Shown piece by piece: positions 38,386 through 52,115 of a stretch of 64,000 nt of DNA. Source of the stretch: Balanoglossus misakiensis (taxonomy: Eukaryota > Animalia > Hemichordata). Every line of letters begins with the position of its first letter. Position 1 is the first letter of the stretch. The translations under genes and the position numbers were made by a program. Where the stretch lies: the NCBI GenBank assembly GCA_040954595.2, contig CM082590.2, positions 1,240,001-1,304,000 of the forward strand, read 5' to 3'. Under the pieces are notes generated by a model. It made no database searches and was not told where the DNA came from. It was given only the letters and a program-made list of their open reading frames with translations.

Positions 38386-41300
38386 TGACCATACTGGCTT
38401 GGTCATCTTCTAGTGAACTATGAAGTGAACTTCTGTGGTCATTAAGGTCCACTTCTCTTTGACTGCAGGCCTGGTCTTCAGCACCGTGACTGACCATACT
38501 GGCTTGGTCATCTTCCAGCGGACTATGAGGTGAACTTCTGTGGTCATTAGGGTCCACTTCTGTTTGACTGCAGGCCTGGTCTTCAGCACCGTGACTGACC
38601 ATACTGGCTTGGTCATCTTCCAGTGGACTATGAGGTGAACTTCTGTGGTCATTAGGGTCCACTTCTGTTTGACTGCAGGCCTGGTCTTCCGCACCGTGAC
38701 TGACCATACTGGCTTGGTCATCTTCCAGTGGACTATGAGGTGAACTTCTGTGGTCATAAGGGTCCACTTCTTTTTGACTACAGGCCTGGTCTCCAGCACC
38801 GTGACTGACCATACTGGCTTGGTCATCTTCCAGTGAATTATGAGGTGAACTTCTGTGGTCATTAGGGTCCACTTCTTTTTGACTACAGGCCTGGTCTCCA
38901 GCACCGTGACTGACCATACTGGCTTGGTCATCTTCCAGTGGACTATGAGGTGAACTTCTGTTGTCATTAGGGTCCACTTCTCTTTGACTGCAGGCCTGGT
39001 CTTCAGCACCGTAACTAACCATACTGGCTTGGTCATCTTCCAGTGGACTATGAGGTGAACTTCTGTGGTCATTAGGGTCCACTTCTCTTTGACTGCAGGC
39101 CTGGTCTTCAGCACCATAACTGACCATACTGGCTTGGTCATCTTCCAGTGGACTATGAGGTGAACTTCAGTGGTCATTAAGGTCCACTTCTGTTTGACTG
39201 CAGGCCTGGTCTTCAGCACCGTGACTGACCATACTGGCTTGGTCATCTTCCAGTGGACTATGAGGTGAACTTCTGTGGTCATTAGGGTCCACTTCTGTTT
39301 GACTGCAGGCCTGGTCTTCAGCACCGCGACTGACCATACTGGCTTGGTCATCTTCCAGTGGACTATGAGGTGAACTTCTGTGGTCATTAAGGTCCACTTC
39401 TGTTTGACAGCAGGCCTGGTCTTCAGCACCGTAACTGACCATACTGGCTTGGTCATCTCCCAGTGGAATATGAGGTGAACTTCTGTGGTCATTAGGGTCG
39501 ACTTCTGTTTGACTGCAGGTCTGGTCTTCAGCACCATAACTGACCATACTGGCTTGGTCATCTTCCAGTGGACTATGAGGTAAACTTCTGTGGTCACTAG
39601 GGTCCACTTCTGTTTGACTGCAGGCCTGGTCTTCAGCACCGTGACTGACCATACTGGCTTGGTCATCTTCCATTGGACTATGAGGTGAACTTCTGTGGTC
39701 ATCGGGGTCCACTTCTGTTTGACTGCAGGCCTGGTCTCCAGCACTGTGACTGACCATACTGGCTTGGTCATCTTCCAGTGGACTATGAGGCCTAGGTGAA
39801 CTTCTGTGGTCATTAGGGTCCACTTCTGTTTGACTGCAGGCCTGGTCTTCAGCACCGTGACTGACCATACTGGCTTGGTCATCTTCCAGTGGACTATGAG
39901 GTGAACTTCTGTTGTCATTAGGGTCCACTTCTCTTTGACTGCAGGCCTGGTCTTCAGCACCGTAACTAACCATACTGGCTTGGTCATCTTCCAGTGGACT
40001 ATGAGGTGAACTTCTGTGGTCATTAGGGTCCACTTCTCTTTGACTGCAGGCCTGGTCTTCAGCACAATAACTGACCATACTGGCTTGGTCATCTTCCAGT
40101 GGACTATGAGGTGAACTTCAGTGGTCATTAAGGTCCACTTCTGTTTGACTGCAGGCCTGGTCTTCAGCACCGTGACTGACCATACTGGCTTGGTCACCTT
40201 CCACTGGACTATGAGGTGAACTTCTGTGGTCATTAGGGTCCACTTCTGTTTGACTGCAGGCCTGGTCTTCAGCACCGCGACTGACCATACTGGCTTGGTC
40301 ATCTTCCAGTGGACTATGAGGTGAACTTCTGTGGTCATTAAGGTCCACTTCTGTTTGACAGCAGGCCTGGTCTTCAGCACCGTAACTGACCATACTGGCT
40401 TGGTCATCTTCCAGTGGAATATGAGGTGAACTTCTGTGGTCATTAGGGTCGACTTCTGTTTAACTGCAGGTCTGGTCTTCAGCACCATAACTGACCATAC
40501 TGGCTTGGTCATCTTCCAGTGGACTATGAGGTGAACTTCTGTGGTCACTAGGGTCCACTTCTGTTTGACTGCAGGCCTGGTCTTCAGCACCGTGACTGAC
40601 CATACTGGCTTGGTCATCTTCCATTGGACTATGAGGTGAACTTCTGTGGTCATCGGGGTCCACTTCTGTTTGACTGCAGGCCTGGTCTCCAGCACCGTGA
40701 CTGACCATACTGGCTTGGTCATCTTCCAGTGGACTATGAGGCCTAGGTGAACTTCTGTGGTCATTAGGGTCCACTTCTATTTGAATGCAGGCCTGGTCTT
40801 CAGCAACGTGACTGACCATACTGGCTTGGTCATCTTCCAGTGGACTATGAGGTGAACTTCTGTGGTCATTAAGGTCCACTTCTGTTTGACTGCAGGCCTG
40901 GTCTTCAGCACCATGACTGACCATACTGGCTTGGTCATCTTCCAGTGGACTATGAGGCCTAGGTGAACTTCTGTGGTCATTAAGGTCCACTTCTCTTTGA
41001 CTGCAGGCCTGGTCTTCAGCACCATGACTGACCATACTGGCTTGGTCATCTTCCAGTGGACTATGAGGCCTAGGTGAACTTCTGTGGTCATTAGGGTCCA
41101 CTTCTGTTTGACTGCAGGCCTGGTCTTCAGCACCGTAACTGACCATACTGGCTTGGTCATCTTCCAGTGAATTATGAGGTGAACTTCTGTGGTCATTAAG
41201 GTCCACTTCTGTTTGACTGCAGGCCTGGTCTTCAGCACCATGACTGACCATACTGGCTTGGTCATCTTCCAGTGGACTATGAGGCCTAGGTGAACTTCTG

Positions 41301-44300
41301 TGGTCATTAGGGTCCACTTCTGTTTGACTGCAGGCCTGGTCTTCAGCACCGTAACTGACCATACTGGCTTGGTCATCTTCCAGTGAATTATGAGGTGAAC
41401 TTCTGTGGTCATTAGGGTCCACTTCTGTTTGACTGCAGGCCTGGTCTTCAGCACCGTGACTGACCATACTGGCTTGGTCATCTTCCAGTGGACTATGAGG
41501 CCTAGGTGAACTTCTGTGGTCATTAGGGTCCACTTCTGTTTGACTGCAGGCCTGGTCTTCAGCACCGTAACTGACCATACTGGCTTGGTCATCTTCCAGT
41601 GAATTATGAGGTGAACTTCTGTGGTCATTAGGGTCCACTTCTGTTTAACTGCAGGCCTGGTCTTCAGCACCGTAACTGACCATACTGGCTTGGTCATCTT
41701 CCAGTGAATTATGAGGTGAACTTCTGTGGTCATTAGGGTCCACTTCTGTTTGACTGCAGGCCTGGTCTTCAGCACCGTGACTGACCATACTGGCTTGGTC
41801 ATCTTCCAGTGGACTATGAGGCCTAGGTGAACTTCTGTGGTCATTAGGGTCCACTTCTGTTTGACTGCAGGCCTGGTCTTCAGCACCGTAACTGACCATA
41901 CTGGCTTGGTCATCTTCCAGTGAATTATGAGGTGAACTTCTGTGGTCATTAGGGTCCACTTCTGTTTAACTGCAGGCCTGGTCTTCAGCACCGTAACTGA
42001 CCATACTGGCTTGGTCATCTTCCAGTGAATTATGAGGTGAACTTCTGTGGTCATTAGGGTCCACTTCTGTTTGACTGCAGGCCTGGTCTTCAGCACCGTG
42101 ACTGACCATACTGGCTTGGTCATCTTCCAGTGGACTATGAGGTGAACTTCTGTTGTCATTAGGGTCCACTTCTCTTTGACTGCAGGCCTGGTCTTCAGCA
42201 CCGTAACTAACCATACTGGCTTGGTCATCTTCCAGTGGACTATGAGGTGAACTTCTGTGGTCATTAGGGTCCACTTCTCTTTGACTGCAGGCCTGGTCTT
42301 CAGCACCATAACTGACCATACTGGCTTGGTCATCTTCCAGTGGACTATGAGGTGAACTTCAGTGGTCATTAAGGTCCACTTCTGTTTGACTGCAGGCCTG
42401 GTCTTCAGCACCGTGACTGACCATACTGGCTTGGTCATCTTCCAGTGGACTATGAGGTGAACTTCTGTGGTCATTAGGGTCCACTTCTGTTTGACTGCAG
42501 GCCTGGTCTTCAGCACCGCGACTGACCATACTGGCTTGGTCATCTTCCAGTGGACTATGAGGTGAACTTCTGTGGTCATTAAGGTCCACTTGTTTGACAG
42601 CAGGCCTGGTCTTCAGCACCGTAACTGACCATACTGGCTTGGTCATCTTCCAGTGGAATATGAGGTGAACTTCTGTGGTCATTAGGGTCGACTTCTGTTT
42701 GACTGCAGGTCTGGTCTTCAGCACCATAACTGACCATACTGGCTTGGTCATCTTCCAGTGGACTATGAGGTGAACTTCTGTGGTCACTAGGGTCCACTTC
42801 TGTTTGACTGCAGGCCTGGTCTTCAGCACCGTAACTGACCATACTGGCTTGGTCATCTTCCAGTGGACTATGAGGTGAACTTCTGTGGTCATTAGGGTCC
42901 ACTTCTGTTTGACTGCAGGCCTGGTCTTCAGCACCGTAACTAACCATACTGGCTTGGTCATCTTCCAGTGGACTAGTAGGTGAACTTCTGTGGTCATTAG
43001 GGTCCACTTCTGTTTGACTGCAGGCCTGGTCTTCAGGACCGTGACTGACCATACTGGCTTGGTCATCTTCCAATGGACTATGAGGCCTAGGTGAACTTCT
43101 GTGGTCATTAGGGTCCACTTCTGTTTGACTGCAGGCCTGGTCTTCAGCACCGTAACTGACCATACTGGCTTTGTCATCTTCCAGTGGACTATGAGGTGAA
43201 CTTCTGTGGTCATTAGGGTCCACTTCTGTTTGACTGCAGGCCTGGTCTTCAGCACCGTGATAGACCATACTGGCTTGGTCATCTTCCAGTGGACTATGAG
43301 GTGAACTTCTGTGGTCATTAGGGTCCACTTCTGTTTGACTGCAGGCCTGGTCTTCAGCACCGTGACTGACCATGCTGGCTTTGTCATCTTCCAGTGGACT
43401 ATGAGGTGAACTTCTGTGGTCATCGGGGTCCACTTCTGTTTGACTGCAGGCCTGGTCTCCAGCACCGTGACTGACCATACTGGCTTGGTCATCTTCCAGT
43501 GGACTATGAGGCCTAGGTGAACTTCTGTGGTCATTAGGGTCCACTTCTATTTGAATGCAGGCCTGGTCTTCAGCAACGTGACTGATCATACTGGCTTGGT
43601 CATCTTCCAGTGGACTATGAGGTGAACTTCTGTGGTCATTAGGGTCCACTTCTGTTTGACTGCAGGCCTGGTCTTCAGCACCGTGACTGACCATACTGGC
43701 TTGGTCATCTTCCAGTGGACTATGAGGCCTAGGTGAACTTCTGTGGTCATTAGGGTCCACTTCTATTTGAATGCAGGCCTGGTCTTCAGCACCGTGACTG
43801 ATCATACTGGCTTGGTCATCTTCCAGTGGACTATGAGGTGAACTTCTGTGGTCATTAGGGTCCACTTCTATTTGAATGCAGGCCTGGTCTTCAGCAACGT
43901 GACTGATCATACTGGCTTGGTCATCTTCCAGTGGACTATGAGGTGAACTTCTGTGGTCATTAGGGTCCACTTCTGTTTGACTGCAGGCCTGGTCTTCAGC
44001 ACCGTGACTGACCATACTGGCTTGGTCATCTTCCAGTGGACTATGAGGCCTAGGTGAACTTCTGTGGTCATTAGGGTCCACTTCTGTTTGACTGCAGGCC
44101 TGGTCTCCAGCACCGTGACTGACCATACTGGCTTGGTCATCTTTCAGTGGACTATGAGGCCTAGGTGAACTTCTGTGGTCATTAGGGTCCACTTCTATTT
44201 GAATGCAGGCCTGGTCTTCAGCAACGTGACTGATCATACTGGCTTGGTCATCTTCCAGTGAATTATGAGGTGAACTTCTGTGGTCATTAGGGTCCACTTC

Positions 44301-46246
44301 TGTTTGACTGCAGGCCTGGTCTTCAGCACCGTGACTGATCATACTGACTTTGTCATCTTCCAGTGGACTATGAGGTGAACTTCTGTGGTCATTTGGGTCC
44401 ACTTCTGTTTGACTGCAGGCCTGGTCTTCAGCACCGTGATAGACCATACTGGCTTGGTCATCTTCCAGTGGACTATGAGGTGAACTTCTGTGGTCATTAG
44501 GGTCCACTTCTCTTTGACTGCAGGCCTGGTCTTCAGCACCATAACTGACCATACTGGCTTGGTCATCTTCCAGTGGACTCTGAGGTGAACTTCAGTGGTC
44601 ATTAAGGTCCACTTCTGTTTGACTGCAGGCCTGGTCTTCAGCTCCGTGACTGACCATACTGGCTTGGTCATCTTCCAGTGGACTATGAGGTGAACTACTG
44701 TGGTCATTAGGGTCCACTTCTGTTTGACTGCAGGCCTGGTCTTCAGCACCGTGACTGACCATACTGGCTTGGTCATCTTCCAGTGGACTATGAGGTGAAC
44801 TTCTGTGGTCATTAGGGTCCACTTCTGTTTGACTGCAGGCCTGGTCTTCAGCACCATAACTGACCATACTGGCTTGGTCATCTTCCAGTGGACTATGAGG
44901 TGAACTTCTGTGGTCATTTGGGTCCACTTCTGTTTGACTGCAGGCCTGGTCTTCAGCACCGTAACTAACCATACTGGCTTGGTCATCTTCCAGTGGACTC
45001 TTAGGTGAACTTCTGTGGTCATTAGGGTCCACTTCTGTTTGACTGCAGGCCTGGTCTTCAGGACCGGGACTGACCATACTGGCTTGGTCATCTTCCAGTG
45101 GACTATGAGGCCTAGGTGAACTTCTGTGGTCATTAGGGTCCACTTCTGTTTGACTGCAGGCCCGTTTTCAGCACCGTGACTGATCTCACTGGCTTGGTCA
45201 TCTTCCAGTGGACTATGAGGACTAGGTGAACTTCTGTAGTCATTAGGGTCCACTTCTGTTTGACTGCAGGCCCGTTTTCAGCACCATGACTGATCATACT
45301 GGCTTGGTCATCTTCCAGTGGACTATGAGGCCTAGGTGAACTTCTGTGGTCATAAGGGTCCACTTCTGTTTGACTGCAGGCCCGTTTTCAGCACCGTGAC
45401 TGACCATACTGGCTTGGTCATCTTCCAGCGGACTATGAGGTGAACTTCTGTGGTCATTAGGGTCCACTTCTGTTTGACTGCAGGCCTGGTCTTCAGCACC
45501 ATAACTGACCATACTGGCTTGGTCATCTTCCAGTGGACTATGAGGTGAACTTCTGTGGTCATTTGGGTCCACTTCTGTTTGACTGCAGGCCTGGTCTTCA
45601 GCACCATAACTGACCATACTGGCTTGGTCATCTTCTAGTGGACTATGAGGTGAACTTCTGTGGTCATTGGGGTCCACTTCTGTTTGACTGCAGGCCTGGT
45701 CTTCGGCACTGTGACTGACCATACTGGCTTGGTCATCTTCCAGTGGACTATGAGGTGAACTTCTGTGGTCATTAAGGTCCACTTCTGTTTGACTGCAGGC
45801 CTGGTCTTCAGCACCGTAACTGACCATACTGGCTTGGTCATCTTCCAGTGGACTATGAGGTGAACTTCTGTGGTCATTAAGGTCCACTTCTGTTTGACTG
45901 CAGGCCTGGTCTCCAGCACCGTGACTGACCATTCTGGCTTGGTCATCTTCCAGTGGACTATGAGGCCTAGGTGAACTTCTGTGGTCATTAGGGTCCACTC
46001 TTATTTGACTGCAGGCCTGGTCTTCAGCACCGTGACTGATCATACTGGCTTGGTCATCTTCCAGTGGACTATGAGGTGAACTTCTGTGGTCATAAGGGTC
46101 CACTTCTGTTTGACTGCAGGCCTGGTCTTCAGCACCGTAACTGACCATACTGGTTTGGTCATCTTCCAGTGGACTATGAGGTGAACTTCTGTGGTCATAA
46201 GGGTCCACTTCTGTTTGTCTGCAGGCCTGGTCTTCAGCACCGTAAC
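38386..46246 (-). repeat. 105-bp coding tandem repeat, array 1 (~74 units)
   Basis: Unit encodes EDDQASMVSHGAEDQACSQTEVDPNDHRSSPHSPL on the minus strand; 111-bp variants add two residues (SSPRPHSP). In frame with the unique downstream sequence EDHISSCDDFPIDE. Confidence 0.98.
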
Positions 46247-46615
46247 TTGTAATTTTGACATGATGTGTGTTTGCATTTAGCCAGTACTCTGCAAAATGGG
46301 CCACTTGATTTACGTGAATTTTTCTTTGCAATTCTGTTTCCTTTGAACACTAAGGGGCATTTATTGTTTGTTTTTTTGCAAATTTCTCATTGAATATGTA
46401 GCACCAGCCATCTTCTAGTCGTCTTTGCCCATCTTTGTATCATTTGGTTGGTTTTATCTTGTTCCATTCTTCCTGTGATAGTTGAAAATTAAATGATTTA
46501 ATTTTCTGTTCCATGAACTCGCCCTGCTGAATGGTAACACCTATGAGTTCTTCTGTAACGTTTTCATCGATGGGGAAATCATCACACGAACTGATGTGAT
46601 CTTCAGTGTCATTCA

Positions 46616-47455
46616 TGACCATACTGGCTTGGTCATCTTCTAGTGGACTATGAGGTGAACTTCTGTGGTCATTAGGGTCCACTTCTGTTTGACTGCAGGC
46701 CTGGTCTTCAGCACCATAACTGACCATACTGGCTTGGTCATCTTCCAGTGGACTATGACGTGAACTTCTGTGGTCATTTGGGTCCACTTCTGTTTGACTG
46801 CAGGCCTGGTCTTCAGCACCATAACTGACCATACTGGCTTGGTCATCTTCTAGTGGACTATGAGGTGAACTTCTGTGGTCATTGGGGTCCACTTCTGTTT
46901 GACTGCAGGCCTGGTCTTCGGCACCGTGACTGACCATACTGGCTTGGTCATCTTCCAGTGGACTATGAGGTGAACTTCTGTGGTCATTAAGGTCCACTTC
47001 TGTTTGACTGCAGGCCTGGTCTTCAGCACCGTAACTGACCATACTGGCTTGGTCATCTTCCAGTGGACTATGAGGTGAACTTCTGTGGTCATTAAGGTCC
47101 ACTTCTGTTTGACTGCAGGCCTGGTCTCCAGCACCGTGACTGACCATTCTGGCTTGGTCATCTTCCAGTGGACTATGAGGTGAACTTCTGTGGTCATTAG
47201 GGTCCACTTCTATTTGACTGCAGGCCTGGTCTTCAGCACCGTGACTGATCATACTGGCTTGGTCATCTTCCAGTGGACTATGAGGTGAACTTCTGTGGTC
47301 ATAAGAGTCCACTTCTGTTTGACTGCAGGCCTGGTCTTCAGCACCGTAACTGACGATACTGGCTTGGTCATCTTCCAGTGGACTATGAGGTGAACTTCTG
47401 TGGTCATAAGGGTCCACTTCTGTTTGTCTGCAGGCCTGGTCTTCAGCACCGTAAC
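46616..47455 (-). repeat. 105-bp repeat, array 2 (~8 units)
   Basis: Same unit, preceded by a second copy (46244-46615) of the unique segment 38012-38385. Confidence 0.97.
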
Positions 47456-47609
47456 ACCGTAACACCAGAATGCATCACGCATGTGTCGAAGACCTTGTGA
47501 TATGGGCTCCACAAACACCGGCATTTTTCACAGTAGAGTAGTTATCTTACCAGCTCTACTGATGTCTATCGTTTCATGAATGTCTACATATCATCTCTGA
47601 CCCTCCCAA

Positions 47610-48488
47610 ATGACCAGAAGAAGGAAAAGAAGCCAGAAAAGTCCAACCGTAAATTCCAGCAGTGAACAAAGCCCTAAGTCTAAGCGCACCAAGATGGCCG
47701 ACTCGAAGAAGACGTCGCCTACCATAACCGAGTCTACACCAGACACGGATATCAAAACTCAGTTGTCGGAAATATTAGGAACCTTGGCTCATCTTGGGAA
47801 ACAAATCGAAAAGATCTCCACCATTGAAAGTCGTCTGTCAGAAGTACAAAAGTCAGTAGATTACGTAAGTGATTATTTTGAAGATTTTCGAGAACAAATA
47901 AATGAAATAAAATCTGATACAAATCAGCTGAAAGCCGACAACAGCAGACTACAAGATCAACTCGCTGCCACGCGACGGGATTTGTGTAATACGCAAAACG
48001 AATTACAAGAGTTACAACAGTACAGCCGTCGTAACAACTTGGAAATAGCTGGTATTCCTCAAAGAAAAGAAGAAGACACCAATGAAATTGTTATACGGAT
48101 AGCTGCTGCTGTTGGTGTAACTATCACCCATAATGATATAGATGTAAGTCATCGCCTGGCGCACCGATTTGCTCAACAGGAACGGCCCGCATCGATAATT
48201 GTCAAATTTGTCCGGAGGTCTGTCCGAAATAATATTTACTATGCGAGAAAAAAGCTTCGCGGGACAACTCCAACTCAACTTCACCTTGGAGATAGTAACG
48301 CCAGCATCTATATAAACGAAAACTTGACACCAACAATGAAACGCCTATTTCATCAGGTAAACGAGCGAAGAAAACAACTGAAATGGAAATTCATCTGGAC
48401 TAGTAATGGTAAAATACTAACAAGGAAAGATGGCGACTCAGAAATCATTACTGTCTCATCTGTAACAGCTATTACTCGTATGAACTAA
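47610..48488 (+). CDS. LINE ORF1 protein (coiled coil + RRM-like + C-terminal domain)
   Basis: 292 aa; heptad region, then QQYSRRNNLEIAGIP, IDVSHRL, IIVKF, IYINENLTP, WKFIWTSNGKI. Confidence 0.9.
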   Translation: MTRRRKRSQKSPTVNSSSEQSPKSKRTKMADSKKTSPTITESTPDTDIKTQLSEILGTLAHLGKQIEKISTIESRLSEVQKSVDYVSDYFEDFREQINEIKSDTNQLKADNSRLQDQLAATRRDLCNTQNELQELQQYSRRNNLEIAGIPQRKEEDTNEIVIRIAAAVGVTITHNDIDVSHRLAHRFAQQERPASIIVKFVRRSVRNNIYYARKKLRGTTPTQLHLGDSNASIYINENLTPTMKRLFHQVNERRKQLKWKFIWTSNGKILTRKDGDSEIITVSSVTAITRMN

Positions 48489-48512
48489 TTTGGAACGACA
48501 CATTATGCTGCC

Positions 48513-51454
48513 ATGAATTCTACTCTACAAGATGACACTGTCAAGTCGAACTGCGCATCATTTACAGTCGATGATTTCAATCAAGGTAATTTTAACGAGG
48601 TCAATTTCACTTCATTGTCAGTTTTTCATCTTAACATCAGGTCAGTTAGCAAACATTTCGATGACCTCCTCTCTCTTTTTGATGTTTTGACTCACAACTT
48701 TCCGATAATTGCACTTTCAGAAACGTGGTTATGCAACACTTCTGACTGTTCATTGTTTGAATTGCCATCTTACAATTTACACCTCAGTCACAGAGATTCG
48801 TCGCCAGGTGGCGGCGTCGCATTGTATGTGCATTCCTCATTACCTCAAACAAAAGCTACAAATTTACATATTGTAAATTCAGAGTCAGTCTTTGTTGAGG
48901 TAACAATTGGTAAGATGAACATTGTTTTAGGCGTAATTTACAGGAGACCCAACACATCTGTCGTACATTTTTTACAAAGTCTTGACGATACTTTAAACCA
49001 TTTGTCGTCAAAGAACAAAAAGTGCCTTTTAGTAGGGGATATCAACATAGATGTTGAATCTTGTTCAAGCGTAGCCACATCTTATTTAAGTCTTTTGAAT
49101 TCTTACAGCTTTGAACAGCTTATCAATATTCCGACTAGAGTAACTGATCATACCAGCACCACAATCGATCATATCATTACAAACATCACAAATTATTTTT
49201 TAGATTGTGGTACCATTGATACAGATATCACTGATCATTTAGCTATTTTTACAAGAATAAGGAACTTGAAACATGTATTTAAGAACGCCAGAAGTAATTT
49301 TTATCATGATTTCTCTCAGTACAACCATAGCACTTTCCTTAATGAACTAGGTAGTGTCGATTGGCAACCGGTCTATGACTGTCTTGATCCAGAACTTGCT
49401 TAGAACTTGCTTATAATTTATTTTATGATAAATATTACAGTGTGGCATCAAAGCATGTTCCAGTAAAAATGAGTAATTGTCGCAAAAAGACAATTCGTAG
49501 ACCATGGTTGACCAAAGGACTCCTTATTTCAATAAGGAAGAAACACTCTATGTACTCAAAAGCAAAAGGTTCTTTGCGTAATGAAAATATCACAAGTCAA
49601 TACAGGAAGTATAGAAACATTTTAACAAAGCTTTTGAAACATGCAAAGAAACAGTATTTTTGTAGTAAATTTACTGAAGCGAAGGGCAACTCTGGGAAAA
49701 CATGGCAAGTTGTCAATGAAATTATCAACAATAAAACAAAAGTTTCCTCTCCAAATCAACTAAAACTTGAAAATGGAGAGATAATCACAGACAGTACAGC
49801 TATGGCAGACGTCTTTTGCAATTACTTTACAAATATTGGTCCAAATCTCGCCTCAAAAATCACTTCCAATGTTGATTTCCGTGCTTATTTGCACAGAAAT
49901 CACAACAATTCTTTCTTTTTCAGCCCCGTTGTTGCAGAAGACGTTGTCAATGTGCTGCTCACACTAGACCCCAGAAAAGCGTATGGCCTTGATTTAATTC
50001 ACCCCTTTCTAGTTAAAGACGCTGCTGAGTATATTTCTCATCCCCTAGCACATATTATTAACCGTTCTTTTCAAAGTGGGTGTTTTCCAGACCCTTTAAA
50101 AGTTGCCAAAGTTACGTCATTGTACAAAAAGGGTTGTCCCCTTGATGTAGGAAACTATCGTCCTATTTCAGTATTGCCTGTTTTTAGTAAGGTTTTTGAA
50201 ACCATAGTCAATAAGCAGCTGATTTCTTTTTTAGATAAACATGACATACTTTTACAGACACAATACGGTTTTAGAAAAAAATATAGTACGAAGCTTGCTT
50301 TGGCCGACATTATTTCTGACCTAATGGATCAAATAGAAAAGGGTCAGACAACTATTGGTATTTTTGTTGACCTAAAAAAGGCATTTGATACAATAGATCA
50401 CACTATTCTTCTGCAGAAGCTCGATTTTTATGGAATTAGAGGTCAACCATTACAATGGTTTCATAGCTATTTTCAGTATCGTAAACAAGCTGTTGTTATT
50501 GATGGTAAAACTTCCGAGCCACAACAAATTAAATGTGGAGTGCCACAAGGCTCAATTCTTGGCCCCACTCTTTTTCTCATTTATATTAATGACATCGCTA
50601 ATTCAACTAACTACTTTAACTTTCGATTATTCGCTGATGACACTAATGTATTTAAATCGTTCAACTCCAACACCATCAACCTCGATAATGTCAATAGTGA
50701 ATTTAATAAAATAAATATATGGTGTAATGCTAACAAACTTACTATTAACGTCAACAAAACAAATTTCATGGTTATAAAAACACCTCAAAAGAAAATTGAC
50801 TTACACGGCAATATATTTCTTTCTCATCATATGATAGAGGAAGTTACATCGGCAAGCTATCTTGGTATTTCCATTGACCCATCACTTACTTGGAATTCAC
50901 ACGTGAAAAATGTTATTTTGAAAATCAGCCCCAAAATTGGTGTCCTTTCTCGCATCAGACATTTTGTACCAAGGTCAATTCTTATCATGATCTATAACAC
51001 CTTCATCTTACCTCATCTAACGTATTGTCTAGAAATATGGGGCAATACTTACACTTCATTATTAAATCCCATTCTCCGCCTACAGAAAAAAGCTGTTCGT
51101 CTTATTACGTTTTCCGACTTCACTGCACACTCCGAACCTTTATTCCGCCAACTAAATATTTTAACTCTTCCGAAACTCAGTAAATACTCTTCCTGTTTAT
51201 TTATCTTTGATTCATTAAATAATATTTTCCCAACAAACATCTCAAACTATTTTGAAATCTTTACCCATACCTATTCTACTCGATCATCTGGTTGTGGCAA
51301 TCTTCGAATACCGAATGCTAGACTTAGTATTACTCAACATAATATTGTCTTTTCTGCAGTCAAACACTGGAATTCATTACCGTATCACCTCAAACAAATA
51401 AAATCGAGATGTAACTTTCAAGGAGCTTTAAAATTATATTTATTAAATATGTAA
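48513..51454 (+). pseudogene. LINE ORF2 (AP endonuclease + reverse transcriptase) split by one 11-bp duplication
   Basis: APE motifs HLNIRS, LSETW, GGGVALY, IYRRP, GDINID, TIDH, TDH. RT motifs NYRPIS, QYGFR, DLKKAFD, GVPQGSILGP, FADD. Removing one AGAACTTGCTT copy (49391-49412) joins the two ORFs in frame. Confidence 0.93.
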
Positions 51455-52115
51455 AAACTTTTCTGTTATGTCATATAGGTTTTCTTTTTCACAACACTGT
51501 GTGATTATTTTGTAATTTTATTACTGTATTTCCTGGGCCGTGGACTCGATTAGTCCATCGGGACTATTTCCATGGTCCAAACCAGATATAGACTCTTTTG
51601 TTTTACATTTGTGACGAATTGTAATTGTGTAGCACTTAGCTTATGCTCGACTCTGTTTGCTTATTTATTTATGTATTTACTTATTTATTTTATTTGTTAT
51701 TTGTTTATTTATTTATTATATCTGGTTGAATAAAGATTCATTCAACTTGTAATTTTGACATGATGTGTGTTTGCATTTAGCCAGTACTCTGCAAAATGGG
51801 CCACTTGATTTACGTGAATTTTTCTTTGCAATTCTGTTTCCTTTGAACACTAAGGGGCATTTATTGTTTGTTTTTTTGCAAATTTCTCATTGAATATGTA
51901 GCACCAGCCATCTTCTAGTCGTCTTTGCCCATCTTTGTATCATTTGGTTGGTTTTATCTTGTTCCATTCTTCCTGTGATAGTTGAAAATTAAATGATTTA
52001 ATTTTCTGTTCCATGAACTCGCCCTGCTGAATGGTAACACCTATGAGTTCTTCTGTAACATTTTCATCGATGGGGAAATCATCACACGAACTGATGTGAT
52101 CTTCAGTGTCATTCA

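Larger units (their letters stand above)
47456..51743 (+). mobile_element. Near full-length non-LTR retrotransposon, CR1/L2 group (Crack/Daphne-like)
   Basis: ORF1 plus APE-RT ORF2. The 3' UTR has a TAGTCC-ATCG-GGACTA hairpin (51551-51566), AATAAA at 51729 and a short ATTC-ATTC tail. Confidence 0.92.

Noticed and set aside
38410-45253. Long ORFs MTTEVHLIVHWKMTKPVWSV.. (784, 600, 391, 304 aa)
   Set aside because: Alternative frame of a stop-poor 105-bp unit. It terminates at the array edge, whereas the acidic frame continues into unique transposase sequence.
38386-47455. CRISPR-like array
   Set aside because: Units are contiguous near-identical 105-mers with no unique spacers; no cas genes; eukaryotic context.
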